From NCBI GenBank assembly GCA_002269645.1, contig NIVC01000086.1, positions 8,755 through 72,754 on the forward strand: a stretch of DNA of 64,000 nucleotides, in the 5' to 3' direction. Position numbers and translations under genes: made by a program. Positions 11,550 to 23,728 of this stretch are shown here, piece by piece. The notes under the pieces were generated by a model. That model was not told where the DNA came from. It ran no database searches and worked only from the letters and a program-made list of their open reading frames with translations. How positions within the stretch are numbered: the first letter of the stretch is position 1; each line of letters begins with the position of its first letter. The DNA comes from Macrostomum lignano. Taxonomy: Eukaryota.

Positions 11550-14500
11550 TCAAATTTCCGGCGCCGATGGCTCCATGGCGGCTGCTGACCGTGGCTGCTG
11601 CTGCTGCACCATCGCCGACGCCGTTGCCGTCGCTACTCCCGAAGTCGACGCCTGTTCGGCGGCGGCCTCGCAGTACGGCGGCGGCGGCGCCTCGGCGGTG
11701 TAAGCTGGCGGCGGCCCGTACGGGTGCACCGTGACCGGCGCCTTGAAGTGGAATGCGTAGTTCAAATAGCCGCTGCTGCCGCCCACCGCCTGCGTGCCCG
11801 ACTGCGGCTGGCTGGTTGCTACGACAACAACGCCCGAATTGGCACCGTCGACGCGGCCAGTCGCGTTGACCCGGCGCCGCTCGTGACCTATATGGAAGCA
11901 TGATGGGTTAGGGCACTAGTCAGTTTGCGGGAAGGTTTTAGGCGACCCCAGCCAGCGAGGAGGCCGGCAGTCTGTGGAGCGCGCACAAGCGCACTGATTA
12001 CCTATATGTACGCAGGCGCGCTTGGTCCTGGCTTTCTCATAGTCACATGCACGGGAACACTGGCTAGTAGGTTAGCCCCATATATGTAGGCGGGAATCGC
12101 AGACCCCAGGCCAACGAGGTTGGGTTCAAGTTCACGGCTTCGATATCTATGGCAATTCTCTACCGATTTTCTTGTGTGATTTTTTATCACACCTGCCCTG
12201 TATGGCCAGATGTGCAACCGACAGCTACGGCTGTTCAGTCCAAGGACTGGGAAGTCGCCACCCTCAAATACCCCAGAAATTGCAGGCACCTATTTTCAGC
12301 TGGGTGAACTGAAGCAATGCAGAGTTAAGTGTCTTGCTCAAGGACACAAATTTTTCCGAGTGGGTCGAGAATCGAACCCACGACTATTCGGTAGTTAATC
12401 GGACGCTCTAACCACTAGGCTTACAACCACCTTGTGTGATGCTTCATTTTAAAACTCAACTGTGTTCTAATAGTTTATAAAAATTCAATTACACTGAATG
12501 CTTCGCTGTGGCTACACAGCTTGCTAAAGTACTTACTTTGACCCTAGGATAGAGCACTATCAAGGATGCTTTTTTCTGCACTAAAATGATATTGATGTAA
12601 TCAATTCGAGACTCAGACGCCCGTCATTTTGCTACCCTCGTCGGAATGGATCTCTATGAATGCTTTAATTGGCTTTTGATTGCTTCAGGACTGGAGGTTT
12701 GAAAAACGGGCATGTTGCCTATGACAACAAAACTTTTTCAAAATTTTGATGCCCATGACGGCATTTTTATTTTAGCCAATGCTCTCTAATCCTCGTGCTG
12801 AGCTTCCGGTTACGCTGATTGGGGTTTACCTTAGATACGGGAAATAATATCCTGATCATGATAACGGCAGCTTGCCGTAACGGCAGATCGCCTTAAGAAG
12901 AGAAACACGGGACTTTGATCGGCTGTAAAAATTAAACGATTCAAGCTCTGGTGTCTGATGTCAGAGGCCCGCGTCAGTCTCAGCTGGTTGTTCGGTGCAT
13001 CGCGGGTCGCCGTCAGCTCTCTTTGAACTGGCATGTTAACCAAGGGAATTGTTGGTCCTCTGTTATCAATAAAAGTTACCGCAGCAGGGGCATACCAAAG
13101 CTTTTAATCATCCTCACATCATCATAATTAGAATCATAATTTCATATTAGGTGACATTTGCTTTACATTCACTATTCGATAGATCTACAGTAACAAGCTA
13201 CCAAAGCAGAAAGGAGATCGGTTCTGTCAGCTTTGAGCAAATCCGCTCTACTTATACATGCAAGTGGGGCAAATATTTGATCAGCACCCTGCCAAACCCT
13301 GTCTTACTGGACTTATAGCTAATTGCAGGCCCCATACTACTCGTATAATTATAGTTACTCATAACCATGCATGAGCGTCGGTTCAGTAAAGGGCGACCCA
13401 GTTGAAATTGTAACAATGCTAGTCGAGACACTGGACTGTCGTCGATGCCAATTTTAGTATCCTGATCCTACTAAAAATCAAAACTTTGGTTTAACTAAAT
13501 AGCCAAACGATATCCTGCTTCTAGAACTGACTAAATGACACCCGGGTTCTTAAGCTAACCAAATGACATCTGGGTTCTTAAGCTAACCAAATGACATCTG
13601 GGTTCTCCAGTTAACCAATTGACATCTGGGTTCTTCAGCTAACCAAATGACATCCGGGTTCTTCAGCTAACCAAATGACATCCGGGTTCTTCAGCTAATC
13701 AATTGACATCTGGGTTCTTCAGCTAACCAAATGACATCCGGGTTCTTCAGTTAACCAATTGACATCTGGGTTCTTCAGCTAACCAAATGACATCCGGTTT
13801 TATATAGGACCAAACAACCTCACAATGTCGTTTGCTAGTATCTGAGTTCAACGCCATGTGGAAATCTGAGCCCCAAACCTATTGGGGTCTAATGAGGCTG
13901 TAAAATGATTCGCGTGTACCAAGGCGACACTTGAAACTCACCAGACTGTCCGATAAAAGCAAAGCCCCAAACGCAGCTCCAAATCCAGCCAACGAGGCAC
14001 ACGGGAGTCAGCAGGAGCTGCATCAGGGCGATGCCCAGCTGGATGCAGGCGGAGCAGCAGGTGTCCCGACAGTCGAAATCTTTCCTATTGCTGCACGGGC
14101 AGCACAGAGAGAGCCCGGCCATCAGAGTGCCTAAATTAAGGATAAACATGATTGCACTTTTAAACAGTTGCTCAGCTATAAAAAATGCTATAATTTTTCC
14201 CAAGAATCCTGCGTTGAGAAGCTATGTCAGGACCCTGCAGCAATGACAGCACATTGCACAGTGCAGCTATGTCAGGACCCTGCAGCAATGACAGCACATT
14301 GCACAGTGCAGCTCTGTCAGGACCCTGCAGCAATGACAGCACATTGCACAGTGCAGCTCTGTCAGGACCCTTGCAGCAATGACAGCACATTGCACAGTGC
14401 AGCTATGTCAGGACCCTGCAGCAATGACAGCACATTGCACAGTGCAGCTCTGTCAGGACCCTGCAGCAATGACAGCACATTGCACAGTGCAGCTCTGTCA

Positions 14501-15502
14501 GGACCCTTGCAGCAATGACAGCACATTGCACAGTGCAGCTATGTCAGGACCTTGCAGCAATGACAGCACATTGCACAGTGCAGCTATGTCAGGACCCTGC
14601 AGCAATGACAGCACATTGCACAGTGCAGCTCTGTCAGGACCCTTGCAGCAATGACAGCACATTGCACAGTGCAGCTATGTCAGGACCTTGCAGCAATGAC
14701 AGCACATTGCACAGTGCAGCTATGTCAGGACCCTGCAGCAATGACAGCACATTGCACAGTGCAGCTATGTCAGGACCCTGCAGCAATGACAGCACATTGC
14801 ACAGTGCAGCTATGTCAGGACCCTGCAGCAATGACAGCACATTGCACAGTGCAGCTATGTCAGGACCCTGCAGCAATGACAGCACATTGCACAGTGCAGC
14901 TATGTCAGGACCCTGCAGCAATGACAGCACATTGCACAGTGCAGCTATGTCAGGACCCTGCAGCAATGACAGCACATTGCACAGTGCAGCTATGTCAGGA
15001 CCCTGCAGCAATGACAGCACATTGCACAGTGCAGCTCTGTCAGGACCCTTGCAGCAATGACAGCACATTGCACAGTGCAGCTCTGTCAGGACCCTTGCAG
15101 CAATGACAGCACATTGTACAGTGCAGCTATGTCAGGACCCTGCAGCAATGACAGCACATTGCACAGTGCAGCTATGTCAGGACCCTGCAGCAATGACAGC
15201 ACATTGCACAGTGCAGCTATGTCAGGACCCTGCAGCAATGACAGCACATTGTACAGTGCAGCTATGTCAGGACCCTGCAGCAATGACAGCACATTGCACA
15301 GTGCAGCTATGTCAGGACCCTGCACTACATGCTTCTTCAGACACTCATATATGGACTCACCCAAGCCAGGCACAATAAAGTTGCATGTACACAACGCCAC
15401 GGCCCACTGAATGGAGAAGGAGGGCACAGTCAGCCGGCTGTACTTGTCCTGTTCCGTCGTGTTAGTCGCTGGCGACGGCATTGTCGAAATAGTGGCCGAC
15501 AT
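11550..15502 (-). CDS. stum: Stum/SPEC3-family small membrane protein, 222 aa, with C-terminal PPxY motifs
   Basis: Exons are 15502-15361, 14130-13942 and 11887-11550 (669 nt, phase-1 GTGAGT/AG junctions). The spliced sequence VALCTCNFIVPGLG|TLMAGLSLCC...LGIALMQLLLTPVCLVGWIWSCVWG matches the Stum motifs N...PG.GT and GW..S..WG. The tail has PPPAY and PPPPY. Confidence 0.8.
12002..12431 (-). mobile_element. tRNA-derived SINE in a stum intron
   Basis: Pol III A-box-like TAGTGGTTAG (12417-12408) and B-box GGTTCGATTC (12378-12369), followed by GTGTCCTTGAGCAAGACACTTAACTC...CACCCAGCTG, which resembles conserved SINE central domains. The 3' boundary is approximate. Confidence 0.7.
13530..13797. repeat. 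28-bp minisatellite (gggttcttcagctaaccaaatgacatcc), stum intron 2
   Basis: About 9 tandem copies. Confidence 0.92.
14215..15323. repeat. 45-bp minisatellite (gcagcaatgacagcacattgcacagtgcagctatgtcaggaccct), stum intron 1
   Basis: About 24 copies with occasional +1 T, which switches the frame of the spurious ORFs. Confidence 0.95.
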
Positions 15503-16375
15503 GTCGCTTTTAGGTTAAGGTTCAGTTTAGGCGATCGCAGATCGAAAATGAAGAAATCTAGGTTCTAACTCCGGCACCAGCCAGTCCATTCAATCGCGTT
15601 GCGAGGGGATCATTGGTGTGTGAAGGACTCTTTCCCTCGCCCTACAGTCCGCAGCAATCAGCTTGGGGGAGTCGTTAAAGAGCTGCCATTGACTGCAACC
15701 CCATTTTGAGTACAGGCAACCGTCCACTGCATGCTGACTGTCCTTCCCTAGAAAATCCTCTCCCATACCTCCTACAGGAAGCCGACTGCAGCTACAGAGC
15801 ATATTTGGGTTGGTCCTGACAACCACAGCTTTGAGAGGCCCTCCGGGGTCCTGGCCAGCCACCGACGGAATTGTTTGCCCTGGCCTCGCTTCCTCTCTAT
15901 TAGGTTCCGGCCATTGCCCAACCTGTGGGGTGGGTACGAAATACGCGTAGTGCGCGACATCCCCAACCTTGGTTGCTATGACAACTTCCGACGTCCCCTC
16001 GAGCCAATTAGTTTAACCCTACTAAATCCCGCGGGCATGCTAAACGTGTACATACGACCCGAACAGCTATGTTGACGCACAAAGGGATTTCTTTGTATGC
16101 CAAAAATCTTAACAAAAGCTATACATGTTGTCCGGTGCGGTGAATTGGCTATAAACAGGAAGCTGACATTGTACATACAATTTACTGTGTGTGCTCTGCA
16201 GTTGTGCAAGCAGACATTTGTGTGTACGCATACGAGCTAAATTCTGGTTCAAAATTACACCTAAATCTACGTACTATCGGTTAGTTGTGATCGATTGAGA
16301 CTTTTATCTTGATCATACCGGCTTTTGAAGTTGGACTGCGGACGATTACAAATAGCTAGAAAATAGCTACTCCTG

Positions 16376-16575
16376 GGGGGTTGCCATCATACTCGTAAAC
16401 CCGAAAAATCACAACTCCGAATGCACTTCCCATCATAAACCTGAAACATCATAACCCGAAATATCATAAACCCGAAATACGAGCGTACCAGAATCCCGAA
16501 ATATCATAACTCCGAATAATGTCAACACTATTTTGGTTTTCGGAGTTGTGATTTTTCGGGTTTGTGATGACCCCG
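16376..16575. mobile_element. Small MITE-like inverted-repeat element
   Basis: Perfect 25-bp inverted repeat AAACCCGAAAAATCACAACTCCGAA at 16397-16421 versus 16539-16563, with internal short direct repeats (atcataaacccgaaat). No TSD identified. Confidence 0.55.
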
Positions 16576-17135
16576 GCCTTCCACTCTTGGGAATTGGCTA
16601 AAAATACGATTATAGATCAGCAAGTACGGTTATGCACGTACGAATACACTGCGCGTGTCTGTACATACTACATGTGGCTCTGAACTAAAATAAAAAATGA
16701 AATAAAAAGTTTATCAGGCTAATTTTTCATCAAATTGCCAACAAGTTCCGCCGAAATTTAAGCTCTCCTATATCTATATATCTCTTTAGTGTAGAGTTTG
16801 GTCTCGGTCGATTCTTCTTGACCAAATTTGTCTATCGCGAAATCCAATCAGCGCCATATCCAAAAAAGCAAATCTTTACAAAATCCGTTTAACTCAGCAG
16901 AAATGATACACTTTTAAATGTATATTTTGACTGTTCCCGCGAGGTTCTCCAACCCAAGGCGACCAAAATTGCGATAACTCTAATCATATTTTTTTTCAAA
17001 ATCTTTCTCGACAAACTTGTGAGTGTACTGAAAACTCGCTAATTACGTCTACATGTACTCCGAAAACCGGCAGCTCCGGCGAAATTTGAACGATTCGCTA
17101 GCGCAGCGCTAATTTTCTGCTTTAGTTGTCCATTT

Positions 17136-17527
17136 CAGGGGCGTCGCCAACGGCGGGGGGGACAGGGGACATGTCCCCCCCAGTAAAAGATCTGGGGGGG
17201 CATGCCAGTGCTTTGTCCCCCCCCCACCCCACCTTGTGGCCCATTGTGGAAATCAATAATTTTGCTGCATGGCGACAAAAATGAGTGCCTGTGGCGCTAA
17301 AATGAGTGCCTGTGGCGCAAAAATGAGTGCCTGTGGCGCTAAAATGAGTGCCTGTGGTGCTAAAATGAGTGCCTGAGGCGCTAAAATGAGTGTTTTTGGC
17401 GCTAAAATGAGTGCCTGAGGCGCTAAAATGAGTGTTTTTGGCGCTAAAATGAGTAGGATGTAGGATTCTAAAATGTAGAATTCTTGGCTTTGTTCCCCCC
17501 ACCATAAAATACATGGCGACGCCCCTG
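17136..17527. mobile_element. hAT-type MITE, 392 bp
   Basis: 14-bp TIRs CAGGGGCGTCGCCA (17136-17149 and 17514-17527) with an exact 8-bp TSD GTCCATTT (17128-17135 and 17528-17535). An internal 21-bp tandem repeat lies at ~17278-17455. Confidence 0.88.
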
Positions 17528-20500
17528 GTCCATTTTGTCATTTACTACTGAAAATAGAAAGCTTTGGTTTTGAGTGTGGAAGTCTCAAGGACTGCTTAAC
17601 AACACAGGACGTCACACTTGCAAATATTGGCAGAATTCTAAAAGGCCGCTTTGAATGTACATGTATGTGTCTATATGGTTTAGTGGCCTTTTTGCCAGAA
17701 AGAAATACCAGAAATAACGGGATTCCTAGATGCGTTTCTAAAGTGTACTTTGAAAGTGTAAAGTGTTAAGTAGTCCTTGGGAAGTCTTTGAGCATTAACT
17801 AGATAACGGTCGACAGAATCTAAATAGTGTGCTCAGTATATAAGTAAAAGAACAAAAGACCAATTCAAAAGACAGGCCGTAGTTTTTTATTTGGATTCAT
17901 TGGCCCTATGTGATGGGTTTCGGCCTTTTCGGCCCCTTTCGGGAAGCCTTCGGGCCTCAGGTCTCAGAAATAAATCAATTAGAGTCCTGGCCCCCCACTC
18001 CTTGGTCAGTCCTATGGTAGCTTTATCGTGTGGCGAGCAGTCTAGGTCCTATAGCTAAGAGAGGGACAGCGAGAAAAGCAGGGAGAATTTCGAAGGTAGA
18101 GATCAGCTAATCCGCAGATTAACTAACCCGCTGCCACCAGCCCGTGCGTCCTCGCTCACCAAACCGGAACTTTCGAAATCGGGCTTCCGACTAGAGGGGG
18201 CTTAGCACTTACCTGCCAACTAGTGTCTTTTTGCTGTCAATCTCGAAGTCATAGCCGATGATAAGGGACACTGCTGGGACTTGATCGGATTGGCCATGCA
18301 GGTACAGAGGGGACTTGTGCAGGGGATTCTTGCAGTGGCGAGCCTATGGGGTAGCTACATGTACTATTACATTGCTAAATACGAGGAATTGTACTTTTGG
18401 CCTTCAACGCGCCAACCAGCATCTCGTAGCGCTGATGATAGGCTAACTCGAACATCAGAGACCGCATGATTCATCACCCGAGCGCTTGGCTAACCTAGAG
18501 TGCACAGAGTATATCTCTAGCGCCGATTTTGCACTATTGTCAATTTTGCTCACTGATTTGATAGATTGATCGACTGAGAACTGCCTTGCCATTGGTCCAC
18601 TATGACCGGCGCCTACTAGCTTAGCTATTCATCTGAGCCATCGGCGAACAAAGAAATAAAACCGATAAAAATAACTGTCAGATTTAACCTTCTCCTGAAT
18701 CACTTCACACTTCAGATTGAATTGGAGTATCAGACTACTAACAGTATTATTGAATGATTTCTGCCTCGATAACAGCACTGTTGAACAAAATGAGCAAATG
18801 TGTGCGCCTAATGCAGCTACTGAAACAGGGGACAGATAAGGGATCACCCAATCAAGCAAGTCTAGGTAGCCTCTCACCCAACCAATCAGAAACTCAACAG
18901 CCGGAGACCAGGTAATCCACAATGACCGAATCGGCTTAGTGCTTCGCAGCTGTAGACCCGGGATGATGCTGATGTCACAATCTTCGCAGATAGCTATAGC
19001 AGGTGATGATCTTTTAACCTTGATGTTCGCTGCTGACGACCGGGGGGATTCGTCCTTGATGATGACGGGGGGAGTCGCGATCCGGGGATCAAGAGACGAC
19101 GGTCGCGTGTAGCAGCCGGGTGTCAGGTGACAGATGACCGGCCAAGTTGCAGTCTGAGCAGGCCATAAACGCCGGTTTTTATAGCCGCCAACTGGATCGC
19201 AATTTGTTATAATGAAACACCTCGACGCTGATTGGCTGAGCCGATTTGTTATAACTGACGTCGAATTTTTTGATTGGCTGAGCTTGTTGCCACCCAAACT
19301 CACGTGACCAGAAGATCCTATCAGTTCCCTCAGGGCCATAAAAATACGCCAGGTGCAGTCATAAATCTCTCAAAATCGCTACATATAATGATTTATGACC
19401 TTTCGCATGGGAATGACAAAAATTAATGAAAAAATACACATTAGAAAGATCTTATTAAGTAGAAAGTGAAGATGATGAAGAGAAATCGCTAATCGCTAAT
19501 CCCAAAGTACTTTTAGGGGTAAAACGCATAAGCTGTCAAAGCTGTCAAACGTTTGAGTGAAACACGAACTTAGGCCCTGGCGTCATAAATCTGATAGCGT
19601 GTCAAAAAACTATGAGAAAAAAGCGACCGCCCGCATCCTCTCAGACCATCTGGCGCCAGCCTCAACACTGAGTGAGGCGCAGGTGGCTGTCAAACCAGTT
19701 CAAAAGCGATGATTTACAACCCCAAGTAGCGAAAACCGCGCCTATGTTACTATAACTACAAGTATGGCAATATTATATAGCTACAAAAGTCCTACTAGTA
19801 TGAATTCTAGGAAAATTACATAAAAAGGAGAAAAATTCCCATAGCCTGCTGTTAGTAGGCTAGCAAGTTTGGAGCCCATGTGCTAGCGTGGAATTTGCAA
19901 AAAAGTGCGTCATCATATGGAACAAAGTGTAAAATACCGTTGAGATTTTAGAGTTCATTAAGCGCCACATTCAAGATTTTTCAAGGAAACAAAACTCCTA
20001 GTAATAATTGTTAGTAATGACCTCCCTGCAGCTTTTGTTCTGTTCTACGATGCCGGAATTCTAAAATTTTATTAAGAAAGTCCTAAAAGTTAGCGCATTT
20101 ATTTTCCGTGTTGTTTCCGTGTTTAGTTATGAGTTATAATAAAATCACTCTTTTCATTGCTTTAAGCCCTGATAAAAATAGACAAAAAAGTGTGCAAATT
20201 AATTTTTAAAAAATTGGTTAATCTCTTTGTCTACACTTGTATTTAAGATTCAGAAATTAACTGCTCAATTATTTAGCAGATTTTAATTAGCTGTGCTGCT
20301 ACTGCAGCTAACTCTAGCGCATTCATGTATATAGCTGCTGACTGGCCTGACTGTGCTGAGTCCGCTGTTGATAAATGAAAATTGGTAAATCTGAAATTGG
20401 TGAATTCGAAATTCAATTGAACCACCTTTTTTACTCATCAACTTAATCGCATTGATTTCGAAAAATTTATTTCGAACACACATCTCAGATCTCACTGACA

Positions 20501-23500
20501 TGACACTGCCTAGCTAGGCTTATTCCAAATCTATAATTTAGCTATGCCTATGGGCATGATGGCTGTATCTGAAATATTAAAATAGCAAAGTATAAAATTA
20601 AAAATATTTTAAATATTTTGGGTGTTATAACTTAATCTTAAGACAAAAACTTATTTAGGCCTATGCAATAAACAAAAATTAGGCCCTACCAAGAATCATG
20701 CATGACAAGACATATCTAGTTCTAAGTTCTATGCTTTTGTTTGCTTTTATTGGGAAAAATCTATAGTCAAAGTTGAGGAAGATCTCTCTAGACCAAATTT
20801 CTAGCTAGACTGCCTAGACAACTCAATTTGTCCAACTTTTAAGATATTTTTTAGGTGATTTTAGGTCTTATTGGAATAAGAATAGAAAACCTATAGACAG
20901 GCAACATGGGGTATAAAATTGTGGCTCAAAAACGCAAGGCAACATTTAATCTTATAGTATATAAAATCTGATGCAATGTGTCATGTGACAGTGCTAATCC
21001 TAATTGAACCTTCTAAAGCCAAAGCTGTTAAGCCAGGCAAAATAATTGTTAAATCTTAGAATGACCACCCTCCTTTCATTTCAGCATGACAGTCATCAGT
21101 CTACACTCTGTCCATGTGGTCTCTGGCAAATATAGCTAGGTAAATCCAAAATTTTATTTAAGAATTCTAGTTATACTTATAGTTATACTGTAGCCTATTG
21201 CATTGCACTTCAATATTAGGCCTTATCTCCTAACCCTTGATTTCAACCACAATGTAACACTTGAAAATTATAAAATTGCAACAAATGGTTGGATACCTAT
21301 TGTCAATTTATTCCAATAGAGGTTTTAGGGGTTTCTCATTCATCCATTTGTTAAGTAGACAAAAAGCCTTTTGCTTCTAAAACTGTTCATTTGCTAGGAA
21401 ATAGGAGAGAGGAAAGGAGTAAGGTGAGGAGCCACTTAATAACATGTCTGTTATTATTGTTAAAATGTTATGGGTTCTATCATTTTAACAAACTATTTCA
21501 CCTAAGGTTTACTTCATACATCAAGTATACAAAGCAAAAAATTCAAGAAGGATATATAAAAAAAATGGATTTTTTTGTAAGAAAACTGTGTTTATTGTCC
21601 AGGATGGAATCTTGCATGACAAGTTTGGAACAAAAAGTTGCATGCAATTTTTTGCGCAATTATAATTACCAGGTACCCATGAATGCACCATTTTTTTGCC
21701 ACTTGAATTTCTTAGCAACTTTTTTATGTTTAAAGTTTAAATAAGTTTAAATAAATCTTTAAAAATAAATTATATTACTATTTTTTAGTTTAATGTAGTT
21801 CTTAGTAGCTTTGTTTTTAAATTTGCAATAACTTTGTTTTACTCTAACAAGTGCAATATTCAAAATTTAAATGAAATTATGCAAGATTTCTTAGAATATT
21901 AAGCTGCGCGCAGTAAGCTTTTTAAAGTTGCGCAATTTTGCTAGAATGCATGGAGTGCATCCAGGATTTTGTATAAAAATTCCATCCTGGCATATTGTTG
22001 GATTTAAATGTAGCAATAGTAGGCCCTAACTAGTGCCTAATTGCAAATATTAATTCAGAGCTTATTAAAGCTCCTTCAAAGCCTAAGAAAAAATGTAGTG
22101 AAACTTTGTGTGCACATGCATTTAATTTTTTTACTTACTATATAGAATTTTTACTTTTCTGTAGTAATTTCTACAGAAATAATAATAAGCTTGATTAGAA
22201 ACCAATCAAACTAAAACTTTTGAAAGTTTTCTAGAGATTAAAAATATCAATAAATATTCTTCTTTTTCAACAATTCTTGGATAGGCCTACAAGACATGCT
22301 TGGTTTCAAATCTAGAGTTTATTGCATACTATGTCTTGCCCTTCCAAAATAACCTTTTCCCTAATGGCTTGTCTATAAACTAGTTTAGATTGTCATATTT
22401 GAAGAGACCAACCCCTGCAGCACTTTAACAAATATCAACAGAAATTGTTAGGTAGCTTCAATCTCACTCTGCATTCTTACTCTTATTTCCTAGCAGATGA
22501 ACAGTTTAAAAAGAGTTTTTGTCTGCTTAGCAGGCAAATTATATTTAGACAAAATTACTGGCCCCCATTTTAGAACTTCAATAAGTAGTCCTAGGTTTGA
22601 ATTAGGAAATGCTGCTAGATATAGCTAACTAGTTTAACTAGGACAACAAAGAATATCAATGTCAACCATCTATCTAAAATGAGTTTATATCTAGACAACT
22701 CTGCCAAATGCTAAGGTTGATTTTATCAAATCCTATTCCAATTCATTTGGACAAGGTGCTATAGTAGATAGACAATTTATAGCTATATTTCTAATTGCAT
22801 TTTCTGCTTTGGCAGAGGCTCTATAGTCTAGACTTTAATTTGAATGATATATTTCTATTCAAATGGCTAAAAGGCTAGCTTTTCTAAGTTTTGCAAACTA
22901 TAGAGGTCAAATAGGCTACATTGTACTAGTTCTAGTAGTTGGAGGAAAAACCTGCAAGTGTAAATGGACAATCTATATTAAGCATTGCCAAAGGATCATA
23001 TATAGGGAAACTATCGTTGATTAATATAGTTTTGTTTATCTGCAATTGCAAGTTCATCTATTTTCATGTTATAAAATTATTTGTGTGACATACTCAAAGT
23101 ACATAAAAAGCCATTAATAAAAAAAACATTAGACAACCTAAACAACCCTACATGCTTAGATAAAGATTCTTTAAGTTTAAAGATACAAGCGTATAGTTAC
23201 TTTTGTATCTTGAACTTTTATTTAAAAAAACATGCTTTCATCTATTTTAACTAGGCCCTAATTATGAGTTTTTTTAGATATATAGCTTTTGATATGTATC
23301 AACATAAATGACAATATATGTATAAGTATAACCTGACAATGATATAGTTATAGTTGATAATGTATTCTGCCATGTGCTATATTCTTAGATGTTTTTGTTC
23401 ACAAATATTTATTTGCAATAGTGTCTAGGGCACCCTTCCTATATGACCATATTGGGATATCCAGATAAATATATATTTTTGTTTAGCTATTCTATTAATT

Positions 23501-23728
23501 AAATAAACATGCTGTTATTTTCTATTTTAATATTATATATCATGTCTAGTTACAATATATCATATTATAATCCTGAGTCATGAGATCTTATATTGCTTAC
23601 TTGCAATTATAGGCGATACAAGTATTAAAACTTTAATGTACGTCATCACCTAGATCATCAACTCTGCATCTAGCCAAAGTCACTAATAGACTGTCAAATC
23701 TTTGCAGAAAACCCCACGCCAATCAACA

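Noticed and set aside
12355-12431. tRNA-like sequence
   Set aside because: It has A and B boxes but no convincing acceptor-stem pairing or terminator, and it continues into a SINE-type body, so it is called a SINE head rather than a tRNA gene.
14168-15410. Cys-rich 15-aa repeat ORFs (MTAHCTVQLCQDPAA)
   Set aside because: A 45-bp intronic satellite on the strand opposite to stum, with recurrent +1 frameshifts.
18629-19339. 236-aa ORF, and nearby paired GATTGGCTGAGC (inverted CCAAT) motifs
   Set aside because: No recognisable domain, splice context or codon bias. It may be a TE/LTR or promoter fragment, but I could not define termini.
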